A stretch of 64,000 nucleotides of DNA, taken from positions 577,449-641,448 of the forward strand of contig CP065013.1 in assembly GCA_016700315.1 (NCBI GenBank). The letters are read 5' to 3'. Below, one piece after another: positions 51,361 through 59,567 of the stretch. The translations under genes were made by a program, and so were the position numbers. The notes under the pieces were generated by a model that saw nothing but the letters and a program-made list of their open reading frames with translations, was not told the origin of the DNA and ran no database searches. Position 1 is the stretch's first letter, and each line of letters starts with the position of its first letter. Source of the stretch: Candidatus Saccharimonadota bacterium (lineage in GTDB: Bacteria; Patescibacteriota; Saccharimonadia; Saccharimonadales; SZUA-47).

Positions 51361-52205
51361 CTTACATCTAAACCGACTACTTCAAGTGTTATTGCTAAGG
51401 CTTTCTCGAAGGCACTACTTAAAGCTCTCATGGCCATTAGATTTGGCTCGAGGCTTTTCTGGTCGTTCGTAAGTCGAGTATTGTATTCAACTTGGAGGGA
51501 TTGGACGAAATTTCCGATACCCAAAGATTTAAGCTCTCCTGAGTTTCGGAGTGATGAATAGCGCTGAGTGGCATAGCCTCCCTTAAAGACATAATTCAAG
51601 CAAACATCACTTGCTAATCCTGCTAGTCCGAGTTGTTTGGAAAGCTCAAATCCCAGAGAGCGTAAAAGCTCAGGATTGCAGGTAACTAACTCATCGCCTA
51701 TTTCAGCAGTGTCGGGGAGACCGCGGTTACTCAAAATTATTGAAGGCATCATTACCGGTTTGCCGTCGTCGTTTATGGCTAGTTGCTTATTAGCGGTGTT
51801 ATGCCAAGATACCAGCAAGACTTTAGCGGGAGCTTCTTTCAGCTGGGAGATAATTGCATCGTGGTAAGGATTATAATACTTTTTACGAAGTACTCTTTGC
51901 TCTGATTTTGTTAGTTCTCGACCTGGTAGCCAGACATTGTTTCGGGGTTTGCCAAAGTCTTGGAGTGGAAATAGCTCTTCGTTATTTGGCGGTCGATTTG
52001 CATCACCAAGCGCGCGACTATGGCCAGATATAACCGTGGCTGTGGCATTAGTGGATGGAACAGTAAGTTCTGTGTCATAGTCAGAAAAGCGTCTAACATC
52101 GTTCGGCGAAAGCGCGCAGCGCTCAGCGAACCTATGCAAATTTGCACTGGCATGCTCAACCGTATAAATAACTGGATATTTTCCACTGCCCGCAATAACT
52201 ATCAT
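51357..52205 (-). CDS. N-formylglutamate amidohydrolase-family-like protein (weak assignment)
   Basis: 282 aa. The EHAS...SRALGDANRP...YYNPYHDAI...SWHN pattern resembles the FGase family. It occupies the position upstream of folA where thyA is often found, but it is not ThyA- or ThyX-like. Confidence 0.4.
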   Translation of the reverse strand: MIVIAGSGKYPVIYTVEHASANLHRFAERCALSPNDVRRFSDYDTELTVPSTNATATVISGHSRALGDANRPPNNEELFPLQDFGKPRNNVWLPGRELTKSEQRVLRKKYYNPYHDAIISQLKEAPAKVLLVSWHNTANKQLAINDDGKPVMMPSIILSNRGLPDTAEIGDELVTCNPELLRSLGFELSKQLGLAGLASDVCLNYVFKGGYATQRYSSLRNSGELKSLGIGNFVQSLQVEYNTRLTNDQKSLEPNLMAMRALSSAFEKALAITLEVVGLDVR

Positions 52206-52222
52206 TCATCTATAATAGAGCA

Positions 52223-53056
52223 ATGAACCGGACTAAAAAACAAAAATTTTTACAAAGTCTTCGGAAGTTGCCTCTTGGTTGGCTATTATCCTTCGTTATT
52301 AAACTAGGTTGGGCTGCAGTTTTTGGCGGGCTAATGCTTCTGGCTATCATAGTAACCCGATATGTTGAGCTACCATGGCTCGCAAGAGCAGACTGGCTTT
52401 TTTTGTGGGCTGTTGCCGTGCAGTTGGTACTTTTACTAACAAAACTGGAGAAGCCTCATGAGGTCATAACGATTTTTGTATTCCACCTTGTTGGCCTGGG
52501 CATGGAGATTTTTAAAACTTCAAATACAATCGGTTCGTGGCAATACTTAAGTGTTGGATTTTTCCATGCTGGCAACGTACCGCTATACTCTGGCTTTATG
52601 TACGCTTCGGTTGGTAGTTTTATAGCAAGAGCTTGGCGAGTGTTAGATCTAAAGTATACCAATAGCCCTAGAAAACTTCACTCTCTGCTTTTGGCTGTAG
52701 CTATCTATATAAACTTCTTCACGCATCATTACATTTTTGATTTCAGATGGCTGTTGTTAGCCTTAATGGCGCTATTTTATTGGCGCTGCGATATACATTA
52801 CAGGATCAATCAGAGACAGCATCATATGCCGTTCTTGCTGTCTGCGTTTTTGTCGGCATTTTTTATTTGGGTTGCAGAGAACATTGGTACATTCACTCAG
52901 AGCTGGCTATATCCCAGTCAGGAGCAGCATTGGCATTTTGTAAGCCTACAAAAACTTAGTGCCTGGCTGCTACTTATGTATATTAGCTTTGTTTTGATCG
53001 ACATACTGCATTATTTACGGCAGAAGCGTTTGGCAGAAAGACAACAGAAGTGCTAG
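52223..53056 (+). CDS. Multi-pass integral membrane protein (possibly DUF817-like)
   Basis: 277 aa with about 8 hydrophobic segments. The family name is from memory only. Confidence 0.5.
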   Translation: MNRTKKQKFLQSLRKLPLGWLLSFVIKLGWAAVFGGLMLLAIIVTRYVELPWLARADWLFLWAVAVQLVLLLTKLEKPHEVITIFVFHLVGLGMEIFKTSNTIGSWQYLSVGFFHAGNVPLYSGFMYASVGSFIARAWRVLDLKYTNSPRKLHSLLLAVAIYINFFTHHYIFDFRWLLLALMALFYWRCDIHYRINQRQHHMPFLLSAFLSAFFIWVAENIGTFTQSWLYPSQEQHWHFVSLQKLSAWLLLMYISFVLIDILHYLRQKRLAERQQKC

Positions 53057-53094
53057 TATAACAGAGGCTATACGGCTAGTTTAGGTTAACTACA

Positions 53095-53322
53095 AAAACA
53101 AAATTCCGATTTTGTTTTGAATAGCGACAAAACTTTATGGCTACCACTAGCGCACAAAATTCACATTTTGTACGTTTGAAAAGCCAGAAAGAATTGCAGC
53201 TAAATGTATTAGAAGCTGCTAACCCAAAACAAAATTCCGATTTTGTTTTGAATAGCGACAAAACTTTATGGCTACCACTAGCGCACAAAATTCACATTTT
53301 GTACGCTTGAAAAGCCAGAAAG
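53095..53322. repeat. Duplicated 97-bp unit (53095-53191 and 53226-53322, 1 mismatch) ending 9 nt upstream of tRNA-Arg(TCG)
   Basis: The unit contains the hairpins AAAACAAAA-TTCCGA-TTTTGTTTT and ACAAAAT-TCAC-ATTTTGT. Its reverse complement contains a D-arm-like GCGCTAGTGGTAGC. Confidence 0.9.
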
Positions 53323-53331
53323 TTTTGGAGA

Positions 53332-53408
53332 GCACCCGTAGCTCAGCGGATTAGAGCATCTGTCTTCGGAACAGAGGGTCGGCGGTTCGAATCCGTCCGG
53401 GTGTACCA
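53332..53408 (+). tRNA. tRNA-Arg (anticodon TCG), CCA encoded
   Basis: Hand-folded: acceptor GCACCCG/CGGGTGT, anticodon loop CTTCGGA, T arm GGCGG-TTCGAAT-CCGTC. Confidence 0.93.
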
Positions 53409-53446
53409 ACAAAAATTCCTCAGACTGTCTGAGGTATTTTTGTTGG
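53409..53446 (+). terminator. tRNA-Arg(TCG) terminator hairpin
   Basis: ACAAAAATTCCTCAG-ACTGT-CTGAGGTATTTTTGTTGG. Confidence 0.75.
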
Positions 53447-53550
53447 TAGTTCTGGCACAGAACCGCGAGCCGCCGTGGTCGGTTCGATAATCCCCCGTCA
53501 ACTTGTTGGCAGACGGGCGGATTATACCTAAGTAATCCGTCCGGGTGTAA
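53447..53550 (+). pseudogene. Degenerate pseudo-tRNA-Arg(TCG) with a 45-nt insertion in the T loop, flanked by a TAATCC duplication
   Basis: ...GTGGTCGGTTCGATAATCC, then CCCGTC-AACTTGTTGGCA-GACGGG..CTAAG, then TAATCCGTCCGGGTGTAACA. Confidence 0.55.
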
Positions 53551-53689
53551 CATTTCTGTACTTATACCTAACTTCCTATCCGTTTGTTTTGTTCATAATA
53601 GGTTAACTCCACAGAGCACCTTCTACGAGATTTGCACTTTCATCGTGCTATTGCTTGCATTGTGCCAACTGTATTGAAATAATAATTCC

Positions 53690-54259
53690 ATGCTTAGAAG
53701 TCTCGACATATCATCTTACCCCGCAACTCAAGAATTGCTACATGAGAGAGGTAGGCAAGATATTCTCGAAACCCTTGATCGATTTAACGAACAACTTGGC
53801 GAATTCTCTGAAGAGTTTGTTGTCATTGGAGGTGCTAACTTGGTTCTGCGTGGAATCAAAAGAACCACTGTTGATGTAGATATACTGGTCTCAGATGGAG
53901 TTTTCTACACAATGTCACAAATAGAAGGTGCGAAGATTAAATACCCTCCAAAAAGGGCAATTAACAATGGAGCAACCAACACTTCAGTATGGATCAATAC
54001 TGACTGGACGAAGATTCCAATAAGCGGAGCTACTGAAATGGGTGACGGATACTATCCTATTTCATATGCTATGTATGATGATGTAGACCTGGAGCTTTTT
54101 GGAGGCCATGCAGTAGCACCGCTAGACGATGTTTGGAAATCTAAAGTAGCATTGCAACGACCTAAAGATTTACCTGATTTGTATGTCATTGCAAAGCATA
54201 CTGGAAGGAGTATGCTCCTGCCTGCTCCCGTATATACTGGCCCGTTTCTAGATAGTTAA
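53690..54259 (+). CDS. Putative minimal nucleotidyltransferase-fold protein
   Basis: 189 aa. VVIGGANLVLRGIKRTTVDVDILV resembles the GS/GG...DxD motif of Pol-beta-type nucleotidyltransferases. It lies between repeated tRNA-Arg 3' ends. Confidence 0.45.
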   Translation: MLRSLDISSYPATQELLHERGRQDILETLDRFNEQLGEFSEEFVVIGGANLVLRGIKRTTVDVDILVSDGVFYTMSQIEGAKIKYPPKRAINNGATNTSVWINTDWTKIPISGATEMGDGYYPISYAMYDDVDLELFGGHAVAPLDDVWKSKVALQRPKDLPDLYVIAKHTGRSMLLPAPVYTGPFLDS

Positions 54260-54299
54260 CTGATTTTACTAGCAATTTTTTTCTAAGCTCGATAAGGAT

Positions 54300-54345
54300 G
54301 CTGTACCAACAAAAATACCTCAGACTGTCTGAGGTATTTTCGTGG
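54300..54345 (+). other. Orphan tRNA-Arg 3' tip (GCTGTACCA) plus a copy of the tRNA-Arg terminator
   Basis: GTACCAACAAAAATACCTCAGACTGTCTGAGGTATTTTCGTGG is near-identical to 53403-53446. Confidence 0.7.
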
Positions 54346-54587
54346 CTGTGATCGGCGGATTCGAATTGTCGGCCACTCAAAAGAGGGTCGGTGTGAGAAC
54401 TGCCTGTGGCAGTCCGGAAACGAATCTTCTCTTGCAAACTTGTTTGCAAAGATGAATTTTCGGGTGAGACGATTCAGTGAATCGTCGCAAGGACTATTGT
54501 CTGATTTCAAACTTGTTTGAAGAAAGACAAAGTCGGGGTCGCTGAAAGTGACCGCCGAAGGTGAGTCGAATCCGTCCGGCCGTACCA
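54346..54587 (+). pseudogene. Composite pseudo-tRNA-Arg(TCG): degenerate 5' part, element E5 (54393-54565), then a tRNA 3' end (2 mismatches)
   Basis: ..GGCGGATTCGA..AGAGGGTCGGT, then GTGAGAACTGCC-TGT-GGCAGTCC GGAAAC ... GGTGAG, then TCGAATCCGTCCGGCCGTACCA. The 3' 117 nt (54457-54573) are identical to 42869-42985. Confidence 0.65.
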
Positions 54588-54674
54588 AAAAAAGTTGTCA
54601 TTAGTTGTAGATACTTGTGAATATTAAACAACCTCCTGGTTTGGAGGCTGTTTAGTTTGATCTTAGAGCTTTGA

Positions 54675-55652
54675 TTAGTTGCTATAAAGATTTTTATTGA
54701 ATCTATCTGTTGATTCAATAATCTTAGCACAAGCTTGGATGCTCTCGCAGTCTGATTTTGAGTCAGCACATTTATATTTGTATCTGTCGCTAGAATCGAA
54801 GTAACAGTATTGAGATGACAGATTTGTGCTATTGGTTTTCAGGCCGCCTTTACTTCTTAAGCTCGTATTAAGAACCGCAATGTAAATACCCCAAAATAGT
54901 AGCATCAGTACAATAGTTAGCCAGTTTAACCAGTGGACTCTAGGCTTAGCCGTGCCAGCAGCTTTGTAAGCCTTAATCTGTTGGTAACGCGTGTCTACTC
55001 CTGAAACCCCGCCCACCATTGACGCTAAGCCACCAAAAGTCACTAGAGATTGCGCGAACATTACGCCCAGCATTTCTACTACGTGGTCTTTTGTTAGCTC
55101 CCAACTTGTTTTTAAGCTATCGATAGAACTAGTATTTTCGTTCACCAGTACGAATGGAGCTAAGCTGACTTTGGCACTTATGCAGGAAACTCCTGCAGCT
55201 CCCAATATGCCCACGATAATAGTGGCAAAGTTTGAACTTCCGAAGACAGAAATTAATGCCATTGTAACAAGGAAAATGACAAGAAAAAGCACTAGCTCTA
55301 AAACTATGATTAATATCATCCGGCCAACGTATGGCTTTGCTTGAACGGTCAAAGCTTCTTTGGCAGATAATTCTTTATCTTCACGGCTAGCTTTTAGAAT
55401 AAACATTGAGCCCAAAGAGGCACGTGCGGAGACAATTACTACCCCAATAAAGGCTGCCAACATAAATACAAAAACTAAACCACTGCTCCCTCGAGTAGCT
55501 ACTGCTAGCAGAATAGCTAACAGGTAAATACCCAAAAGCATCAACGTAGTTAGCACCAAAATTAATAGTGAAGACACCGGGTTGACAACCAGCGCCCTTC
55601 CTAGACCCACCGCACTGGCGGTAAATGGGTTTGATGTATATCTCTTACTCAT
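54675..55652 (-). CDS. Multi-pass membrane protein (hypothetical)
   Basis: 325 aa with about 6 TM segments and a Cys-rich C-terminal tail. Confidence 0.6.
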   Translation of the reverse strand: MSKRYTSNPFTASAVGLGRALVVNPVSSLLILVLTTLMLLGIYLLAILLAVATRGSSGLVFVFMLAAFIGVVIVSARASLGSMFILKASREDKELSAKEALTVQAKPYVGRMILIIVLELVLFLVIFLVTMALISVFGSSNFATIIVGILGAAGVSCISAKVSLAPFVLVNENTSSIDSLKTSWELTKDHVVEMLGVMFAQSLVTFGGLASMVGGVSGVDTRYQQIKAYKAAGTAKPRVHWLNWLTIVLMLLFWGIYIAVLNTSLRSKGGLKTNSTNLSSQYCYFDSSDRYKYKCADSKSDCESIQACAKIIESTDRFNKNLYSN

Positions 55653-55740
55653 AAAAAGCGCTCCTCCATTTATGACTTAAATATATGCTTAAAGAAACGA
55701 CGAATCAATAACAATAATTTAAAATGTTACAATAACAGAT

Positions 55741-56553
55741 ATGAAGGAATTAAATGGTCGTGAACTCTCGCTGTATATTAAAGAAAGACAGGCTCACGAG
55801 GTGCGAAGACTCAGACAGTCAAAGAAAGTTTTTCCAAAACTAGCAATAGTGCGCACTAATCCCGATCCGGTGGTGGATAGTTACATGAACCTTAAGCAAG
55901 CTTATGGTGCGGACATTCTGGTGGAAGTGGGTATTCATACTGTCAAGCAGGCAGACTGTATCGACACTATTAAAGAACTCAATGCAGACGACGACGTGCA
56001 CGCAATAATTGTGCAAATCCCTCTCCCTGATCCAAGCCAAACAGATGAGGTGCTTAACTCAGTTAGCCCCTCCAAAGACGTTGACGGTCTGGGTAAAAAT
56101 AGTCGTTTTGATCCGGCTACCCCAATGGCTATAAACTGGCTTTTGGCGGGCTACAACGTTGAACTTAGTGGTAAAAAAATAGTAATTGTAGGGCAAGGGC
56201 GCTTGGTAGGTAAACCTTTGGCAAAAATTTGGCGAGAATCGAACCTAGATGTAGAAGTTGCCGACAAGACTACCAATGATCTAGCAAACGTAGTCTCTAA
56301 AGCAGATGTTTTGGTGTCGGCGACAGGAGTACCTGGGCTAATAAAGCAAGAGATGATAATGCCGGGTATGACAATTGTCGATGCTGGAGTCGCTACAGAT
56401 AGTAACGGCCTAGTTGGCGATGTAGCTGCTGAGGTCCGTGAGCTAAAAGGCATCACAATAACTCCGGAAAAAGGTGGGGTAGGGCCACTTACAGTTTGTG
56501 CCTTGTTCGAAAATGTAATAACCGCCGCAAGAAATATTGCGGAAACTCAATGA
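55741..56553 (+). CDS. folD: Bifunctional methylenetetrahydrofolate dehydrogenase/cyclohydrolase
   Basis: 270 aa with typical FolD N- and C-terminal domains (VQIPLP, GVGPLTV). Confidence 0.93.
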   Translation: MKELNGRELSLYIKERQAHEVRRLRQSKKVFPKLAIVRTNPDPVVDSYMNLKQAYGADILVEVGIHTVKQADCIDTIKELNADDDVHAIIVQIPLPDPSQTDEVLNSVSPSKDVDGLGKNSRFDPATPMAINWLLAGYNVELSGKKIVIVGQGRLVGKPLAKIWRESNLDVEVADKTTNDLANVVSKADVLVSATGVPGLIKQEMIMPGMTIVDAGVATDSNGLVGDVAAEVRELKGITITPEKGGVGPLTVCALFENVITAARNIAETQ

Positions 56554-57212
56554 AAGATGAGTCAGGTTTCAGCGTAGGTGTTTTTGATTCTGGCGTCGGT
56601 GGTAAGAGCGTGGCCAATGCTATTGCGACCGCTATCCCTGAACTTAATATTATACTTCGTGAAGACAGTAAGAATTTACCTTATGGCAACAAAAGCCCCG
56701 AGACCTTACTTAGTTTGGTTACCCCGATCTTACAATCGATGGTGGAGGCAGGCTGCCAAGTCATAGTAGTAGCTTGTAACACGGTGACGACGACGATTAT
56801 TAATCAGCTCAGGGAGCGAATAGCTGTACCGCTCATCGGCATTGAACCAATGGTAAAGCCTGCCGCCGAAGCTTCTAGGTCAAAAACTATCGCAGTTTTT
56901 GCCACTCCGACAACTCTTGCAAGTAAACGTTACAAAGAATTGAAAGAAGACTTTGCCCAGGGTGTGGAAATAGTTGAGCCTGATTGTAGTAAGTGGTCGA
57001 AACTTATCGAGGATAATGCTATGGACAAAGCAGTAATCCAGAAAAATGTAGATGAAGGCCTGAGTAGGGGCGCAGACGTTTTTGTTTTAGCCTGTACACA
57101 CTATCATTGGATCGAAGATCGAATCAAGGCTGCGGCCAAAGGTAGAGCATTGGTGCTGCAGCCGCAGCCGGCAATAATAGCTAGACTCAAAACGGTCTTG
57201 AAGCAGCTATAG
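56550..57212 (+). CDS. murI: Glutamate racemase
   Basis: GVFDSGVGGKSV and VVACNTVTT motifs. ATG 56550 overlaps the folD stop (ATGA). The track ORF starts earlier, at 56496. Confidence 0.9.
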   Translation: MKDESGFSVGVFDSGVGGKSVANAIATAIPELNIILREDSKNLPYGNKSPETLLSLVTPILQSMVEAGCQVIVVACNTVTTTIINQLRERIAVPLIGIEPMVKPAAEASRSKTIAVFATPTTLASKRYKELKEDFAQGVEIVEPDCSKWSKLIEDNAMDKAVIQKNVDEGLSRGADVFVLACTHYHWIEDRIKAAAKGRALVLQPQPAIIARLKTVLKQL

Positions 57213-58517
57213 TTTTTCAACTTCTCTCGTAAACTGAGCGCCTCGATCTTTGTAGTCTCGAAACATGCCAAAACTTGCACAGGCAGGCGATAGCAGAACA
57301 ATGTCACCTTGTGAGCTAAACTGCTTTGCTTTAAGAACAATAGATTGCATGTTGTCGAGGCCTTCTTCAGTTATGGCGTTGTAGCCACGATCGCGGAGTA
57401 AGCTTGCAATGACTGGTCCGCGCTCACCTATAGCTATTACATGTTTGACGTTATTGCGTATTACTGCATCTGCTAACTCATCAAAGGGTACTCCTTTATC
57501 AGCACCCCCAAGTATAACCACTTTCGGGTTCGGGAAGGATCTGATAGCTGCGATAGCGGTTTCGGGAGTAGTCGAAAACGAATCATTATAATATTTGACT
57601 CCCTCAACTTCTTTAGTAAACTCTAGTCGCAAAGGCAAGCCAGTGAATGTAGTAACTACACTTTTTATAGCCTCTACATTACCATTAATTTTTTCGTATG
57701 TCGCACAGATTGCTGCACAAACATTCTCTATGTTGTGTGATCCAATTAGCGCGATATCAGAAATCTCACAAACCCGAGCGTCCCGAAAATAAATAGCGCC
57801 GTCATTGACCCAACAGTCGGCTTCATTGCCGCTTGAGTCATAACTAAGTTTGTTGTCGGTTAGTGCTATGTTGGCTACTCTGGCGCTTAGCTGGTTGTTG
57901 GAGTTATGAATCGTAACGTTATCACGGAGCTGGAATTTAAAGATGTTCTGCTTTGCCGAGATGTAATCGTTGAGATCGCTGTGCCAGTTGAGATGTTCTG
58001 GAACTACCATCAGGCAAACCGCAGTTTCTGGGCTATGGCGGACGTCACTAAGCTGGAAGCTGGACAGTTCCATGACAACGTAGTCAGAAACCGCGGCCTC
58101 TTCAAGTTTGTCTAGCATCGGAGTACCAATGTTGCCGCAGAGCACGACCTTTTTGCCACTCGCCTCAAGTATTTTAGATATTAGAGTACTTGTGGTGCCT
58201 TTACCTTTAGTACCTGTCACCCCTATGGTAGGTGTGATATTGTTCTCAAAAAAAATATTAACTGCGGTTGTGATTTTGCTTGATACATTAGGGTTTTTGT
58301 CTAGAATCGTCTGACGGTTCATACCGGGAGTGCGAACTATCACGTCAAAACTATCCAAATCTTCTAGGTAGCTAGGGCCGAGTCTGGAGGAAGATTCTAC
58401 CGGAACTTCAGCGTTTTCGTTTTGGTCGCAAATTGTAACCTCTTGGCCGCCCATACGCTGGAAATATCGGTAAACTGACTGATTCTCTACTCCGTAGCCG
58501 ACTATCGCAATCTTCAT
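57207..58517 (-). CDS. murD: UDP-N-acetylmuramoylalanine--D-glutamate ligase
   Basis: 436 aa. GVTGTKGKGTT P-loop and Mur ligase middle and C-terminal domains. Confidence 0.93.
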   Translation of the reverse strand: MKIAIVGYGVENQSVYRYFQRMGGQEVTICDQNENAEVPVESSSRLGPSYLEDLDSFDVIVRTPGMNRQTILDKNPNVSSKITTAVNIFFENNITPTIGVTGTKGKGTTSTLISKILEASGKKVVLCGNIGTPMLDKLEEAAVSDYVVMELSSFQLSDVRHSPETAVCLMVVPEHLNWHSDLNDYISAKQNIFKFQLRDNVTIHNSNNQLSARVANIALTDNKLSYDSSGNEADCWVNDGAIYFRDARVCEISDIALIGSHNIENVCAAICATYEKINGNVEAIKSVVTTFTGLPLRLEFTKEVEGVKYYNDSFSTTPETAIAAIRSFPNPKVVILGGADKGVPFDELADAVIRNNVKHVIAIGERGPVIASLLRDRGYNAITEEGLDNMQSIVLKAKQFSSQGDIVLLSPACASFGMFRDYKDRGAQFTREVEKL

Positions 58518-58538
58518 ACTTCTAGTATACAGTTTTTA

Positions 58539-58907
58539 CTAGCTAAGGTGTTTTTTCACCAGTTCAGTAACTTGTCTCGGTGTCATATTTGCCTTGACGA
58601 TAAAGGCTGAAACTCCTAGCTGCTTTATGATGTCGGGAGCTTCACTTTCACCCATGTTAGTCAGGATCACGACTTTCATGTCTTTTCCAAATTTACTGCT
58701 TCGGAGTTTTTTTAGCATTTCATCGCCGTTCATCTGAGGCATCATCAGATCAAGCAAAACTATGTCCGGCTCGAACTCTTCTATCAGCTTTAATCCTAAA
58801 AAACCGTTGTCTGCAGTATCGACTTTGTAGCCCTCAGCTTCAAACTTGATGCGGTACATCTGCGAAATTGCAGCGTCGTCTTCGATAATTGCTATTTTTT
58901 GTGCCAT
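58539..58907 (-). CDS. Single-domain response regulator (CheY-like receiver)
   Basis: 122 aa with DD...D(LLDLMMP)...K receiver signature residues. Confidence 0.9.
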   Translation of the reverse strand: MAQKIAIIEDDAAISQMYRIKFEAEGYKVDTADNGFLGLKLIEEFEPDIVLLDLMMPQMNGDEMLKKLRSSKFGKDMKVVILTNMGESEAPDIIKQLGVSAFIVKANMTPRQVTELVKKHLS

Positions 58908-58918
58908 ATTACGTTTTA

Positions 58919-59503
58919 TTATAACGCATAAATCGCGTCCATTACTTGATCTGGTGTTAATTTCTCTGGCGTTGAGCTGCTGCCCAACAGTTTAAAAGAA
59001 AGTTCGACTTCTTTGCCCTCCCAGTCTATGTGACAGAGTAAGAAATTCGGCTTTTCGACCGATTGGGCAATAGTAGTGACGCCTTTCTTTGCCGCTATTC
59101 GTTGTTTAGTTCTTTTGCCTTCAGGAAAGATCAACATGCTGTAGCCTTTATTTAGCGAGTTTACAGCCCCATCAACTCCAAAATTACGAAAATTCTTGTG
59201 TGGGTGAGAAGGGAAGCAGCCCATAAGGTACATCAGAGGCCTTTGCCAAGAAAAGTAGTAAATGTTTGCCGTCATAAAACGAATTGGCAGTAACTGACTA
59301 CGTAATTCTTTCGGTAGGTAGGAAATAATTACAAATGGATCCAGCTTGCTTCGGTGATTGGCAACTATTATTACGGGTTTATTAATGTTCGCGACTTTTA
59401 AGGGTTTATTGACTTTGATAGATATTTTTTTGTTTCTAACCAGCAGCTTTGTTGTAAGCGCGACTAACTTTTCTGTCAGACTGATGAGCGGGTTTGTTTT
59501 CAT
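58919..59503 (-). CDS. plsC: 1-acyl-sn-glycerol-3-phosphate acyltransferase family protein
   Basis: 194 aa with NHRSKLDP (HX4D) and FPEGKRT motifs. Confidence 0.8.
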   Translation of the reverse strand: MKTNPLISLTEKLVALTTKLLVRNKKISIKVNKPLKVANINKPVIIVANHRSKLDPFVIISYLPKELRSQLLPIRFMTANIYYFSWQRPLMYLMGCFPSHPHKNFRNFGVDGAVNSLNKGYSMLIFPEGKRTKQRIAAKKGVTTIAQSVEKPNFLLCHIDWEGKEVELSFKLLGSSSTPEKLTPDQVMDAIYAL

Positions 59504-59567
59504 CTTTTGTTTATATCTGTATACTTAGACTCATCATACAGAAAAATAAACATAACTACTAACAAAA

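Noticed and set aside
51357-52205. Thymidylate synthase, expected upstream of folA
   Set aside because: The sequence has neither ThyA nor ThyX signatures (no RHRxxSxxxxS). It fits an N-formylglutamate amidohydrolase-like pattern better, and only weakly.
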